A DNA stretch of 64,000 nt, taken from positions 54,165 through 118,164 of the forward strand of contig JBOGUF010000216.1 in NCBI GenBank assembly GCA_050696075.1. Reading direction: 5' to 3'. The stretch's first letter is position 1. Each line of letters opens with the position of its first letter. A program made the translations under genes and the position numbers. Positions 11,868-21,000 of the stretch are shown here, one piece after another. The notes beneath the pieces were generated by a model. That model did no database searches. It was not told where the DNA came from and saw only the letters and a program-made list of their open reading frames with translations. Source of the stretch: Thermomicrobiales bacterium. Lineage in GTDB: Bacteria; Chloroflexota; Chloroflexia; Thermomicrobiales; UBA6265.

Positions 11868-11985
11868 ACGAGGCGTCGGATATACTCGCGGGGCAAGATG
11901 CCGGTACGCGGCGGTTGTTTCCGCGCAGACGGTAGGTCGACCAAGGTTTGGTGGACGGGCACCCCAACAGATTGCTTAGTCGGAT

Positions 11986-12363
11986 GTGAGGAGTTTCGTG
12001 AGTTCAGGACCTCGGGCGCCGCAATCCGCGCGCAAATCAGGACGCCGAACTAGCCGAGGCGCGAGTTCACGTGTCAATCGATCTCAACAGCGCGCGATGG
12101 AGGTCCGCGCGGCAGCGACGCGATCGCGCGAGCTCAGCAAGAGTGACGCGACGGAAGCGCTGGACACGCCAACCGCGGTCGCAAGTGCCGGCGCCGTCCT
12201 GGCCGCGGGGAGTCGCCGGGCACGGCGACCGTCCGTCCGCGCGAGGGTGATGAACCGGGAAGACGAGTATCGCTATATTCGGGATGACATGATTCGTCTT
12301 GTGCTGACGGCGTCAGTTCTCCTCGTGTTGATGCTGGTGGTTCTCTTTATCGTCGAAGCCTGA
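11986..12363 (+). CDS. Hypothetical protein: basic disordered N-terminus and C-terminal TM helix
   Basis: ORF ends in LVLTASVLLVLMLVVLFIV. GAGGAG lies at 11988-11993, so the start may be GTG 11998. No family recognised. Confidence 0.4.
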   Translation: MRSFVSSGPRAPQSARKSGRRTSRGASSRVNRSQQRAMEVRAAATRSRELSKSDATEALDTPTAVASAGAVLAAGSRRARRPSVRARVMNREDEYRYIRDDMIRLVLTASVLLVLMLVVLFIVEA

Positions 12364-12382
12364 TCTCTCAACGATCCGACGT

Positions 12383-12425
12383 AACGAGGGCGCTGGCGTG
12401 ACTTTAGGCCGCCAGCGCCCTCGTT
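12383..12425. terminator. 16-bp perfect hairpin between convergent genes
   Basis: AACGAGGGCGCTGGCG (12383-12398) pairs with CGCCAGCGCCCTCGTT (12410-12425) around an 11-nt loop. TTT follows on the + strand. Confidence 0.65.
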
Positions 12426-12447
12426 TACGAGAAAACGGCAACTTGTG

Positions 12448-13344
12448 TTACACCCGTGAGCCGTCCTCGTCGACGGAGACGGTCTCTTCGATAAATGACT
12501 CCGTCTCGCTTTCGCCGTTCTCTTCGTCGGTGGCCTCGACGCCGGTTTCTTCCTCTTCCAACTCTTCGTCATCCTCATCGAGGAGCAGAAAGTCGGATTC
12601 GTCCCGTTGGCGGAGCATGTCCCGCTCACGCAGATACGCGCGGGTCGCGGAAATCTGACGAGGAAATGAGACCGTGCGGCCGACCGACGGATCGCGGAAG
12701 ACCTCGCGCAGAATCACGCGGAGGCTACGCGGAGATACGCCGAGGGCGTAGACCTCATAGCGGTTGCCCTTTTCCATTAGGTCGATCACGCGTTCGGCCG
12801 TCTTTGCTTCGATCTCGCCCAGTCGCTCTCCAGTGGCGCGGGTGACGACGAGTCGCGAGCCGTCGACGACGATCTGCAGCTGCTCGCCCGAAGATACGTC
12901 GGCCAGGTCTTCGCGGGGGATCGGATTGACGAGCTCATCCACCCAGGTCTTGCCGACCTCTTCGATGAAGACTGAGGTGCGCGGAATCGCGATGCCGTTC
13001 CCAGCCCCTTCCTGCACGTCGACGATGGCGCCCTTCTGATGCAGTAGTTCGAGACGCTGTAGATTGCGACGGGCGATCATGTTCGCGGGGTCGATCTTCA
13101 GCGCCGCGGTATACGCCTCTAGGGCCGACGAAAATTGGTGGAGCTCGAGATACGCGTGGCCAAGTCGATTCTGCGCTTCCGCGTCGCGCGGAAAGCGCTC
13201 GATGATCGACTGGTTGAGCGTAATCGCTTCCGACCAGTTTCCGCTGAGCGCTGTGTTGCGTGCGTCTTCTGCCAATTGGCGGCGGGTCTTCTGTTTCGTG
13301 TCGCTCACTGATCCCTCTCGTTCTTTGGCTATGGAGGCGGGCAT
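12448..13344 (-). CDS. TPR-repeat protein with acidic C-terminal tail
   Basis: Trimmed to ATG 13344 so it does not run into miaB. TPR-like AEAQNRLGHAYLELHQFSSALEAYTAALKIDP. D/E-rich tail. Confidence 0.7.
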   Translation of the reverse strand: MPASIAKEREGSVSDTKQKTRRQLAEDARNTALSGNWSEAITLNQSIIERFPRDAEAQNRLGHAYLELHQFSSALEAYTAALKIDPANMIARRNLQRLELLHQKGAIVDVQEGAGNGIAIPRTSVFIEEVGKTWVDELVNPIPREDLADVSSGEQLQIVVDGSRLVVTRATGERLGEIEAKTAERVIDLMEKGNRYEVYALGVSPRSLRVILREVFRDPSVGRTVSFPRQISATRAYLRERDMLRQRDESDFLLLDEDDEELEEEETGVEATDEENGESETESFIEETVSVDEDGSRV

Positions 13345-13396
13345 ACCCCGGCATTCTCGCTCATGAGTGGTAGTTGCTTGCTCGAATCGGCGTTCG

Positions 13397-14761
13397 TTAC
13401 CGTGGCGCGCCCACGGCCTCACCGAGGAAGTACCAGGGACCGGTCTCGGTGATGCGCACGTCGACGAGCCGTCCGAGTAGATCGCGGTCGTCGGCGAAGT
13501 GGACGAGCTGATTGCCGCGCGTGCGGCCAGTCCACCGGCCCTTCGCTTTGCTGTCGACGAGGACCGGGACGGTCTCACCAAGCCGCCGCGCGTTGCGCTG
13601 TGTGCAGACGCGCTCTTGCAGAACCTCTATCGCCTGGTGGCGGCGGTGTTTTTCTTCGTGGGGAATGTCATCTTCCCATCGTGCCGACAGGGTGCCAGGG
13701 CGAGGCGAATACATCGCGACGTGGACCTTGTCGCAGTCGACCTCCGCGAGGAGGTCGTACGTGTTCTGAAACTGCTCGTCGGTTTCGCCGGGGAAGCCAA
13801 CGATGATATCGGTGGCAACGGTGACGTCAGGCATTTGCGCGCGGGTGAACGCGATCCGTTCGCGCCAGTGATCAGCCGTATAGGTCCGGCGCATTCGCCG
13901 GAGCACCTCGTTGTCCCCGGCTTGCACCGGCAGATTCATGTGCTCACAGACGGTCCGGAGCTCGGCCATCGTCTGAATGATCTCGTCCGTCATGTACTTC
14001 GGGTGGGACGTGAGGAAGCGCAGTCGATCCAAGCCGGGGATCGCATCAACGGTCCGCAGGAGATCGGCCAGAGAGGGTTGCTCGGCGAGATCGTGGCCGT
14101 AGGCATTGACCGTCTGCCCGAGCAAGGTCACTTCGCGGACGCCGCGCGCAACCAGGCGTTCCACTTCCCGGACAATGTCAGCGAGCGGGCGACTGCGCTC
14201 TTTGCCACGACGATAGGGAACGATGCAATAGGAGCAGAGGAAGTTGCAGCCGTAGATGATCGGCACGTGCGCTGTTACCCGCGAGTCGCTCGCTTCGTCG
14301 GCATAGTAATGCGGAAGCTGCACGAGATCGTCTTCCAGATCGGCGAGTTCAGGCACGACGCGCTGCATCTTGTCGAAGTCGGACGGATCAAAGAAGAGAT
14401 CAACGTGCGGGAAGCGTTCGCGCAACTTCTCTTGCTGGTTCGTAACCATGCATCCGGTGAGGACAATCGGCACCTCCGGACGCGCTCGCTTCAGCCGCAC
14501 GAGCGAATTGAGCTTACCGGCGACTTTATCTTCCGCGGCTTGCCGCACGACGCAGGAGTTGAGGACCACGATGTCCGCGTCGTCTTCGCTTTCGGTCGGC
14601 TGATAGCCGACCTCTTGCAGCATTGCCGCTACCTTCGCGCTGTCGGCCTCGTTCATCTGGCACCCGATGGTCCAGATGAAGAAGCGCTTGCCGTTCGGCG
14701 CGAGGCGCGGAGGAGAGGGCGGCGGAGCCGGACGCAACGAGATGACGGGAGAAGATGTCAC
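13397..14761 (-). CDS. miaB: tRNA-2-methylthio-N6-dimethylallyladenosine synthase
   Basis: MTTase N-domain (TIGCQMNEADS), radical-SAM CSYCIVPYRRG, C-terminal TRAM domain. Confidence 0.93.
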   Translation of the reverse strand: MTSSPVISLRPAPPPSPPRLAPNGKRFFIWTIGCQMNEADSAKVAAMLQEVGYQPTESEDDADIVVLNSCVVRQAAEDKVAGKLNSLVRLKRARPEVPIVLTGCMVTNQQEKLRERFPHVDLFFDPSDFDKMQRVVPELADLEDDLVQLPHYYADEASDSRVTAHVPIIYGCNFLCSYCIVPYRRGKERSRPLADIVREVERLVARGVREVTLLGQTVNAYGHDLAEQPSLADLLRTVDAIPGLDRLRFLTSHPKYMTDEIIQTMAELRTVCEHMNLPVQAGDNEVLRRMRRTYTADHWRERIAFTRAQMPDVTVATDIIVGFPGETDEQFQNTYDLLAEVDCDKVHVAMYSPRPGTLSARWEDDIPHEEKHRRHQAIEVLQERVCTQRNARRLGETVPVLVDSKAKGRWTGRTRGNQLVHFADDRDLLGRLVDVRITETGPWYFLGEAVGAPR

Positions 14762-15088
14762 CCTGGGACCTCATGCATACTTGGCGATCGGCGACGAGCG
14801 CCGAGCAATCGTGGCAGGTGGCCCACGACCACAAACAGATAGTATACCGTCAAGTCGGCCGTCATGCGCCTGTGACAGAGAAACACGAACGATGGCTTCA
14901 CCGCCATTCGGTCACTCGACCGATGATCGGCGACATAAGGCCATGGCAGGCGGGCTGATGTGACCGGCGGGAACAACTGTGACGGGAGCCACAGCCGGCG
15001 CACGGCCAGGATGTACGTTCGTCGTGCCACGAATCGACACACGGATGTGTACGGACAGTCAAAGGGTACTACGGACGCGGGTGTCTCG

Positions 15089-15117
15089 TAGACAAGCTTC
15101 GAGCCGGTTGTTACAAT
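15089..15117 (+). promoter_or_regulatory. Candidate sigma-70 promoter for the Cys-rich protein gene
   Basis: TAGACA, 17-nt spacer, TACAAT. About 125 nt upstream of the 15243 start. Confidence 0.45.
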
Positions 15118-15242
15118 GGCGGCGCAGCGGGCAAGTAACTACCAAAGCTTCTTCGTTGGTTGCTCGGATGTGACGTGGGGTCCACGGGGCTATCCGGCGT
15201 CGGCTTTGGGGTGCATGCGCTTCGGTCCGGTGGGGCGGGCCG

Positions 15243-16676
15243 GTGGGGGCCAGGGTGAAGAAGCGCACGTGCAACACCTGCGGGTTCTTTGAAGAAGGCG
15301 AACTCTCGGGCACCGGATGGTGTAAGCATCCGCAACGGCAAATCTCGGCCGATCTGAGGATTATGGTCCGAAAGGGCGAGCTTGCCTGCCGAGACGGCTG
15401 GTCCAGGGATCTCTGGGCGCCACGAGGTGACGCCGAAGCGTCCGGTCCGGAGTATGACGCTTCGCGGCAGGAGCCGTTGCCCCCAATCTCGCCGGAGGAC
15501 ATGTCCGTCTTGGTAGACAATGGACAGGTCGATTTCGGCGCGTCGTGGCAACCGCCCCCGCCCGCGCCGGTGGACGTTGTCGTTGGTGAAACGCCAGTGA
15601 TGCCTCAGTTGGACGACCAAGCGACGCTCCTTTCCCACGACCCGCGCTCCGCGATCGACGCTGCTCGCAAACGGCATGCAGCGAAGGCATCGGCAGGTCA
15701 AACTGAGGAGACTCAAGCCGCCGAGATGGGCGACGCCGACCCCGCGAAAGAAGGACGCACCGCGTCGGGGGCGACGATCGTCTGGCGACCCAATCCGATT
15801 CGACCCGCGCGGGAGTCGACGCCCGCCGCGCCGAATCAGGATGCGCGCGCTGGGACGCCGGCGACGACCCGCGGCGGAGAGCCTGAGCATTTCACAACGG
15901 TGCCAAAACGGGTGGCAGGCGTTGATCTGCCGCTCGCGAAAGCGCCGCTAATCGCGCCGCCGGTCGCGGGCGCGGCGCAAGACCTGCCGGAAGACCCGCG
16001 TCGACTGTCACTGGAACGGCTCCGCGAGCGGCAGTCGCGCTCGGGCGTTTTGCCCGCTCCTCCGCGGCGCAATCCAAGGTTAGCGCGCACACGGGATCAC
16101 GTCGACCAAGCATTCGATGACCGCGCGGAGCATACGCGCTCATGGCGCGGAGGGCGTGGTCGAAGCGCACGCACGGTTCAGGTCGTCGACGAAGCGGACG
16201 AGCGGAATTGGGGCGAGGTGGACCCCGATGCCTACGAGGTTGCTTCGACGGCAATGGAGACCGGGCTGGAGCCGGCAATTGACAGCGTTCTCTTCGAGCA
16301 CGAGATTGACGCGCCCGGTGCAGAGGACGACTTCGCACTCGCCTTAGCCGGTGGATTCGACGATGATTACGACATTGGCGACACGGCAGTTCGGGTGGCG
16401 CCCGACGTCCCGCGAATGTGCAGGACGTGTCGCGACTTTCGACCTGCCGATAGTGGCGAGCGGGGCTGGTGCAATAACAACTGGGCGTTTAGCCACCGGC
16501 GAATGGTCGATGCCGACGAATTGCCGTGTGAGTCGTCACTCGGCTGTTGGTGGCTGCCGCACGACGACGTTTGGCTGTCGACGGCGGATGCGGCGGCGCA
16601 CGGCGAGCCGACCCCGCTCGTCGATCTATGGTTGAACCGGCGGGACGCCGCGGTGCGACGACGAGACGGGTCGTAA
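15243..16676 (+). CDS. Hypothetical protein: duplicated Cys-rich terminal modules around a long P/A/R/D/E-rich linker
   Basis: N-terminal CNTCGFF..GTGWCKHP....ELACRDGW and C-terminal CRTCRDF..GERGWCNNNW....ELPCESSLGCWW are clear internal repeats. Start is GTG 15243 or 15255. Confidence 0.7.
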   Translation: MGARVKKRTCNTCGFFEEGELSGTGWCKHPQRQISADLRIMVRKGELACRDGWSRDLWAPRGDAEASGPEYDASRQEPLPPISPEDMSVLVDNGQVDFGASWQPPPPAPVDVVVGETPVMPQLDDQATLLSHDPRSAIDAARKRHAAKASAGQTEETQAAEMGDADPAKEGRTASGATIVWRPNPIRPARESTPAAPNQDARAGTPATTRGGEPEHFTTVPKRVAGVDLPLAKAPLIAPPVAGAAQDLPEDPRRLSLERLRERQSRSGVLPAPPRRNPRLARTRDHVDQAFDDRAEHTRSWRGGRGRSARTVQVVDEADERNWGEVDPDAYEVASTAMETGLEPAIDSVLFEHEIDAPGAEDDFALALAGGFDDDYDIGDTAVRVAPDVPRMCRTCRDFRPADSGERGWCNNNWAFSHRRMVDADELPCESSLGCWWLPHDDVWLSTADAAAHGEPTPLVDLWLNRRDAAVRRRDGS

Positions 16677-16837
16677 CTTTGGTACCATACGCCGGTCATG
16701 CTGAGGAATGGCCGGGAGGGACGGCCTGACCCATTTCGCGCACGACGCCGATCCAACAGAAGTTGGTTGGCGGAAGCGAAGTGACGTGGCACGACGTTGA
16801 GCAGTCGCTCGGCGAATGGGGGGCAGAGCACGAGCTC

Positions 16838-17716
16838 ATGGCTGTATTTGGTGACACGCTCCGGCAGGCGAGGGCGTACAAGGGCGTCACCCTGCGCGAA
16901 GCAGAACGCACGACGCGCATCAACCGCTATCACTTGGCGGCGCTGGAGGAGGAGAACTTCTCTTCGCTGCCGCCGTTGATTTATCAGCGCGGCATCGTTC
17001 GCAACTATGCGACCTATCTCGATCTCGACGCGAACAAGCTCCTGAGCATGTTCGACGAGGCGCGAGGTGGGAATGAGCAGCCGGACGTCAACGTCGTCGT
17101 CAAGCCGCTCGACATGCCGAGCCACTGGGCGCCGAATTTCGCGATCATTGCATTTATGGTTGTGATGAGCGCGATTGTCTTCGCCTGGCTCTATAGTGCC
17201 TACTTCGCGCCGACGCAGGCAGTCTCGACGCCGGCCGAAGTGATTGCGACCGTCACGCCTGTCGATGCCGAGGCACTCTTTATTCCGTCGCCGACGCCGC
17301 CCCCACCGACCTCGACGCCGGCGCCGACGGCGACCGCTTCTCCCACCGAAGAGCCGACGGCCACACCGACTGAGGAGGCCACCGAGCCCACCGAGGAAGA
17401 GACCTTCGCTCCCATCAGCGACGACGAGGCCGCCAGCACTACCACGGAAAGCTCGCCGCCGGAATCCCAGGAAGGCCTGGCGTCGATCATGATCACTGCC
17501 GAAAGCGCCATCTACGTTGAGATCTCGATTGACGGCGTCCCTCAATTTGCGGGGGAGTTGGCCGCGGGCCAGACGACCGAATGGTATTCGGCCAGCGTCT
17601 TCGAAGTCTTTACCACCGATGGCAGCCAGACGCTCTTCACAAACGGGGACGGCGTGACTTTTTACATGGGGTACGGTGCAAACGAGTACTATACCCTGGA
17701 CGCCGGCTTCGAGTAG
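16838..17716 (+). CDS. rodZ: RodZ-like HTH/transmembrane cytoskeleton protein
   Basis: XRE-type HTH (LRQARAYKGVTLREAERTTRINRYHLAALEEENF). TM helix (FAIIAFMVVMSAIVFAWLY). P/T/E-rich linker. C-terminal DUF4115-like domain. Start uncertain (16763, 16781 or 16838). Confidence 0.75.
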   Translation: MAVFGDTLRQARAYKGVTLREAERTTRINRYHLAALEEENFSSLPPLIYQRGIVRNYATYLDLDANKLLSMFDEARGGNEQPDVNVVVKPLDMPSHWAPNFAIIAFMVVMSAIVFAWLYSAYFAPTQAVSTPAEVIATVTPVDAEALFIPSPTPPPPTSTPAPTATASPTEEPTATPTEEATEPTEEETFAPISDDEAASTTTESSPPESQEGLASIMITAESAIYVEISIDGVPQFAGELAAGQTTEWYSASVFEVFTTDGSQTLFTNGDGVTFYMGYGANEYYTLDAGFE

Positions 17717-17775
17717 CATCGGCAGTCATATTCTGATGCCCTGCCGCTGAACGGCGTTCGTGGAACACATGGCTT

Positions 17776-17814
17776 CGAGGCGTGGCCAGTCGGCCGCGCC
17801 TCGTGCTTATTTGC
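17776..17814 (+). terminator. Intrinsic terminator between the RodZ-like gene and the lipid kinase gene
   Basis: 12-bp stem CGAGGCGTGGCC/GGCCGCGCCTCG with a 4-nt loop, then TGCTTATTTGC. Confidence 0.6.
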
Positions 17815-17830
17815 AGACAATGGTGGCGGC

Positions 17831-18748
17831 TTAGGATCGAGGAACGATCATGCGCAGGGCGCCGGGTGCGACAGAGAACTCGGCGGGCGTTTGAGTTACG
17901 ACGTCGCCGTCGAGTTCGACGGGCAGGGATGGATCGGCGGAGATGCGCGCGGTTCGGGTAGGAATGCGGGTGACGTAGGAGGATCGGTCGAGCGACCTCG
18001 TGGCGAACCGGCCCAGCGCGCTGGCGATGGGCAGCGGACGTATCGCCGTGAAGACAAGGACGTCGAGTAGTCCGTCGTCCGGCCGGATGGTGCGAAAGGT
18101 CGGGAAGAACGGCTTCAGAATCGATGTTCCGTTAGCGACGAGGACGAGCGGCGAGACGACTTCGACGACGATGTCGTCAGTCTCGATGGTGAATCGTGAT
18201 GGGGCAGTGCGCAGGCTGCGTAGCGCGGGACCAAGATAGGCGATCCATCCGCGCTTTCTCTTTGCCGCCGGGTCGGTTGCAAGAAAGAGGCGGCTGTCGA
18301 TCCCCGCGCCAGCCATGTGCAGGAAGCGGCGATCCCCGCAGATTCCGGCGTCCATTCGTCGATAGGTGTGCGCGCCGAAGATTAAGCGCGCCGCGATCAC
18401 CGCGTTGTGGGGAATGCCCTGCTCCCGTGCAATGACGTTCGTCGACCCGACTGGAATGATGCCGAGCGGCACACCGGAGTCGCCTAACGCTGTCGCGACG
18501 GCCGCGACCGTGCCGTCGCCGCCCGCGGCGATCACCGCGTCGACGTCAAGCATGCCGGGGCTGAGGAGTTCCTGGACCGCGACGCCGGCGACGGTCTGCC
18601 GGATCTCGACGCCAGTGCCGGCCGGCGCCGCGTGGGCAACGATCTCCGCGATGCGATCCGGATTGCGCCGGGTCGCCGGATTGACGACGACGATCACCCG
18701 CTTGAACACGGTTCGACTTGGCACGTTCGCGAGTTCTCTACTGCTCAT
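17831..18748 (-). CDS. Diacylglycerol/lipid kinase family protein (YegS/DagK-like)
   Basis: Catalytic-domain motifs VIVVVNP, AAGGDGTVAAVA, GIIPVGSTN. Confidence 0.85.
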   Translation of the reverse strand: MSSRELANVPSRTVFKRVIVVVNPATRRNPDRIAEIVAHAAPAGTGVEIRQTVAGVAVQELLSPGMLDVDAVIAAGGDGTVAAVATALGDSGVPLGIIPVGSTNVIAREQGIPHNAVIAARLIFGAHTYRRMDAGICGDRRFLHMAGAGIDSRLFLATDPAAKRKRGWIAYLGPALRSLRTAPSRFTIETDDIVVEVVSPLVLVANGTSILKPFFPTFRTIRPDDGLLDVLVFTAIRPLPIASALGRFATRSLDRSSYVTRIPTRTARISADPSLPVELDGDVVTQTPAEFSVAPGALRMIVPRS

Positions 18749-18967
18749 CCGCGTCGCCTAGCTGCCAGACGCGGCTCCTTCCTCAGGGCCGAATATGCGC
18801 TCGACGATCATATTCGCGAGCCAGGTCGCCACGGCCGTCAGCGCCAGCGCCAGGATGCCACGTACGGTGTTTCGCAGCATAGTTTGCTCGGTCCTTTCCG
18901 TTTCCGGTCTCGCCCGCCCTACGTTACCAATCTTCGTGCCAAGCCACCTCAGACGCCGGGTCGGTCG

Positions 18968-19306
18968 CTATCGCGCGCGCTGTCGCTTGCCGCCTCTGGC
19001 ATAGAGACCCAGCGGAAAGAGGACGATTCCGGCGGCGAGCGTGACGTCGGCGATGGTGAGTGAGCGATAGATCGCGTTGGTTGCACCCGGCAGCACATTG
19101 AGCGGCGCAACTAACAGGTCGGTCCACTGATAAACGAACTGGCCAAGCCAAAGGCGCTCGCTGACGCCGAGCCCCAAAAGCAGACAGCGCAGCAGGACGC
19201 TCGTCCCAATAACCGCGTAGGCATTGAGCAGGATCTCCAGCGCGACCTGGGATCTGATTTCTTGGCTCGATCCGCGTGTTCGAGGCGGCTGGATGACGTT
19301 GCTCAT
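18968..19306 (-). CDS. yggT: YggT family membrane protein
   Basis: 112 aa, two TM segments with YggT-like spacing. Its ATG overlaps the coaBC TGA (ATGA). Confidence 0.7.
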   Translation of the reverse strand: MSNVIQPPRTRGSSQEIRSQVALEILLNAYAVIGTSVLLRCLLLGLGVSERLWLGQFVYQWTDLLVAPLNVLPGATNAIYRSLTIADVTLAAGIVLFPLGLYARGGKRQRAR

Positions 19307-20505
19307 CGAGGTCCTTCCGCGAGCAACGAAACAAGTCGGGTGACGATCGCCTGGGCAACGGCCCCCTTCGTCTGGTGGGGCAAATGCTCAGGCGGGGCAT
19401 CTGGCGCAATCAGGATGGCTGTGATCGCGTCGCTCCCGATAGTGGCGACCGCGTCGTTGGCGACGATCAACGATAGGCCTTTGGCGCGGAGCTTGGCGCG
19501 CGCATGTTCGATCAGGTCGTCAGTTTCGGCGGCGAAGCCAATCTTGACCAAGCCTGGTCGATCGATACCGGCGACGATATCGGGGTTCCTGACGAGTGGA
19601 ATGCTCACCGGTTCGCCGTGCGCGCCCTTCTTGATCTTCTGTGAATGGGACTCGCGCGGGCGAAAGTCGGCCACGGCGGCAGCCATCACGAGCGCATCCG
19701 CGTCCTGCACCGCGGCCTCAACCGCGCGCTGCATCTCTATTGCGGCGCCGACGGGAATAAGGTCCACTCCGATTGGCGGCGGGATGACGGTCGGTCCGGT
19801 AATCAGGGTGACGCGAGCGCCGTGGTCGATCGCCGCCTGGGCGATGGCGTACCCCATACGGCCGCTCGAGCGGTTACCGAGGTAACGCACCGGGTCGAGC
19901 GGTTCTTTCGTTCCCCCGGCGGTGACCACCACATGCCGGTCGGCGAGGGGGCCGTTGCGTCCCAATACCTTCCGGATCGAACCCACGATGGCATCGACTG
20001 TCGCGAGACGGCCGTCGCCTTCGTAACCCGAAGCCAACCGACCGGTTTCGGGGCCTACCATGACGGCGCCACGCTCACAAAGAAGAGCGATGTTCGCTCG
20101 CGTGGCAGGATGATGGTACATGCCATGCTCCATCGCGGGCGCGACAAGGAGCGGCGCCGTCGTCGCAAGAGCGACTGCCGTCAGCATGTCGTCCGCCAAA
20201 CCGTGGGCGATGCGGGCGATGGTGTTGGCGGTTGCCGGGGCAATTAGGACAATCCGCGCGTCGCGGGCGAGAGAGACGTGACCGAACGACGTCTCGGTCC
20301 ACGGCTCGAATGCGTCGAGGTGGACCGGTCGCTTGGTGATCGCCTCGAACGTGAGCGGGGCGATGAAGCGCCGCGCCGCGTCGGTCATCACCACATCGAC
20401 AATTGCGCCTGCTTGGACGAGCTTGCTCGCTAAGTCGGCCGCTTTATAGGCAGCGATTCCGCCGGAGACACCGAGGACGACCTTCGCCGAATCGAGCACA
20501 CTCAC
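19303..20505 (-). CDS. coaBC: Bifunctional phosphopantothenoylcysteine decarboxylase / phosphopantothenate-cysteine ligase
   Basis: GVSGGIAAYK flavoprotein N-domain and VTAGGTKEPLDPVRYLGNRSSGRMG CoaB domain. Trimmed to GTG 20505, 7 nt after GGAG, which gives a typical ~400 aa. Confidence 0.9.
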   Translation of the reverse strand: MSVLDSAKVVLGVSGGIAAYKAADLASKLVQAGAIVDVVMTDAARRFIAPLTFEAITKRPVHLDAFEPWTETSFGHVSLARDARIVLIAPATANTIARIAHGLADDMLTAVALATTAPLLVAPAMEHGMYHHPATRANIALLCERGAVMVGPETGRLASGYEGDGRLATVDAIVGSIRKVLGRNGPLADRHVVVTAGGTKEPLDPVRYLGNRSSGRMGYAIAQAAIDHGARVTLITGPTVIPPPIGVDLIPVGAAIEMQRAVEAAVQDADALVMAAAVADFRPRESHSQKIKKGAHGEPVSIPLVRNPDIVAGIDRPGLVKIGFAAETDDLIEHARAKLRAKGLSLIVANDAVATIGSDAITAILIAPDAPPEHLPHQTKGAVAQAIVTRLVSLLAEGPR

Positions 20506-20644
20506 ATGTTTGCTCCGGGCTGTCCCGACGGCGGTCGTCGGTTCGCCAAGTTTGGGGATCGCATTCCGGCCCCAATGGGCGATTTCATCACGTCGCATGC
20601 TCCAGCGTCAACCGAACTGGTTTCGTGTTGCCAGCGCCCTGACG

Positions 20645-20683
20645 TTCAAATCAAACGGCCCGCCGCGAAGGCGCGGAGGGCCG
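20645..20683 (-). terminator. Intrinsic terminator after secG
   Basis: On the minus strand: CGGCCCTCCGCG-CCTT-CGCGGCGGGCCG (one mismatch), followed by TTTGATTTGAA. Confidence 0.6.
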
Positions 20684-20706
20684 CTAGCATTTGCAGAGAT
20701 GTCTTG

Positions 20707-20928
20707 CTACAGGGCGATGCTGCTGACGATGGCGACGAGCAAAAAGACCGCGGCGACGCCGATCGTGAACTGGAAGAGCGTCTTTTCGATGCCCCGGCGT
20801 GTCTTGTGGATCGAGCCAGTATCGCCACCGAATGATCCGCTGAAGGATGAGCCCTTCGTTTGCAGCAAGATCAGCAGCAATAAGACTGTCGAGATGATGA
20901 GCATGACGAGGTTGATTGCGGTGTCCAC
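20707..20928 (-). CDS. secG: Preprotein translocase subunit SecG
   Basis: Trimmed to GTG 20928 with GGAG 7 nt upstream. VDTAINLVMLIISTVLLLLILLQTKGSSFSGSFGG is the SecG signature. Classic position after tpiA. Confidence 0.85.
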   Translation of the reverse strand: MDTAINLVMLIISTVLLLLILLQTKGSSFSGSFGGDTGSIHKTRRGIEKTLFQFTIGVAAVFLLVAIVSSIAL

Positions 20929-21000
20929 GAGTCGCTCCGTCCGTAATTCGCCGCCCGAACCGCTTTCCGCCGCGTAGCCTACCACCCGCGCGGCGTCGGA

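Noticed and set aside
13499-14842. 447-aa ORF on the + strand. Similar long ORFs: 16367-17719(-), 27075-28823(-), 41727-42896(+), 45055-46458(-), 52617-53813(+), 58732-60303(+), 36320-37159(+), 39826-40731(+), 60985-61803(+).
   Set aside because: All lie antisense to confidently identified genes (miaB, rodZ-like, infB, rodA, pnp, the SBPs, gyrB, PBP, ALDH). Their translations are Arg/Gly/Asp/His-rich low-complexity strings with no motifs. These are typical stop-poor shadow frames in GC-rich DNA.
14762-15088. A ~330-nt non-coding stretch between miaB and the Cys-rich gene, examined for an RNA gene (6S, SRP, RNase P, tmRNA) or small ORFs.
   Set aside because: I could find no conserved RNA signature motifs and no convincing extended secondary structure. 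The ORFs there (14755-14958 on +, 14758-15042 on -) have implausible composition. It most likely holds divergent promoter and leader sequences. A covariance-model scan would be needed to exclude an sRNA.
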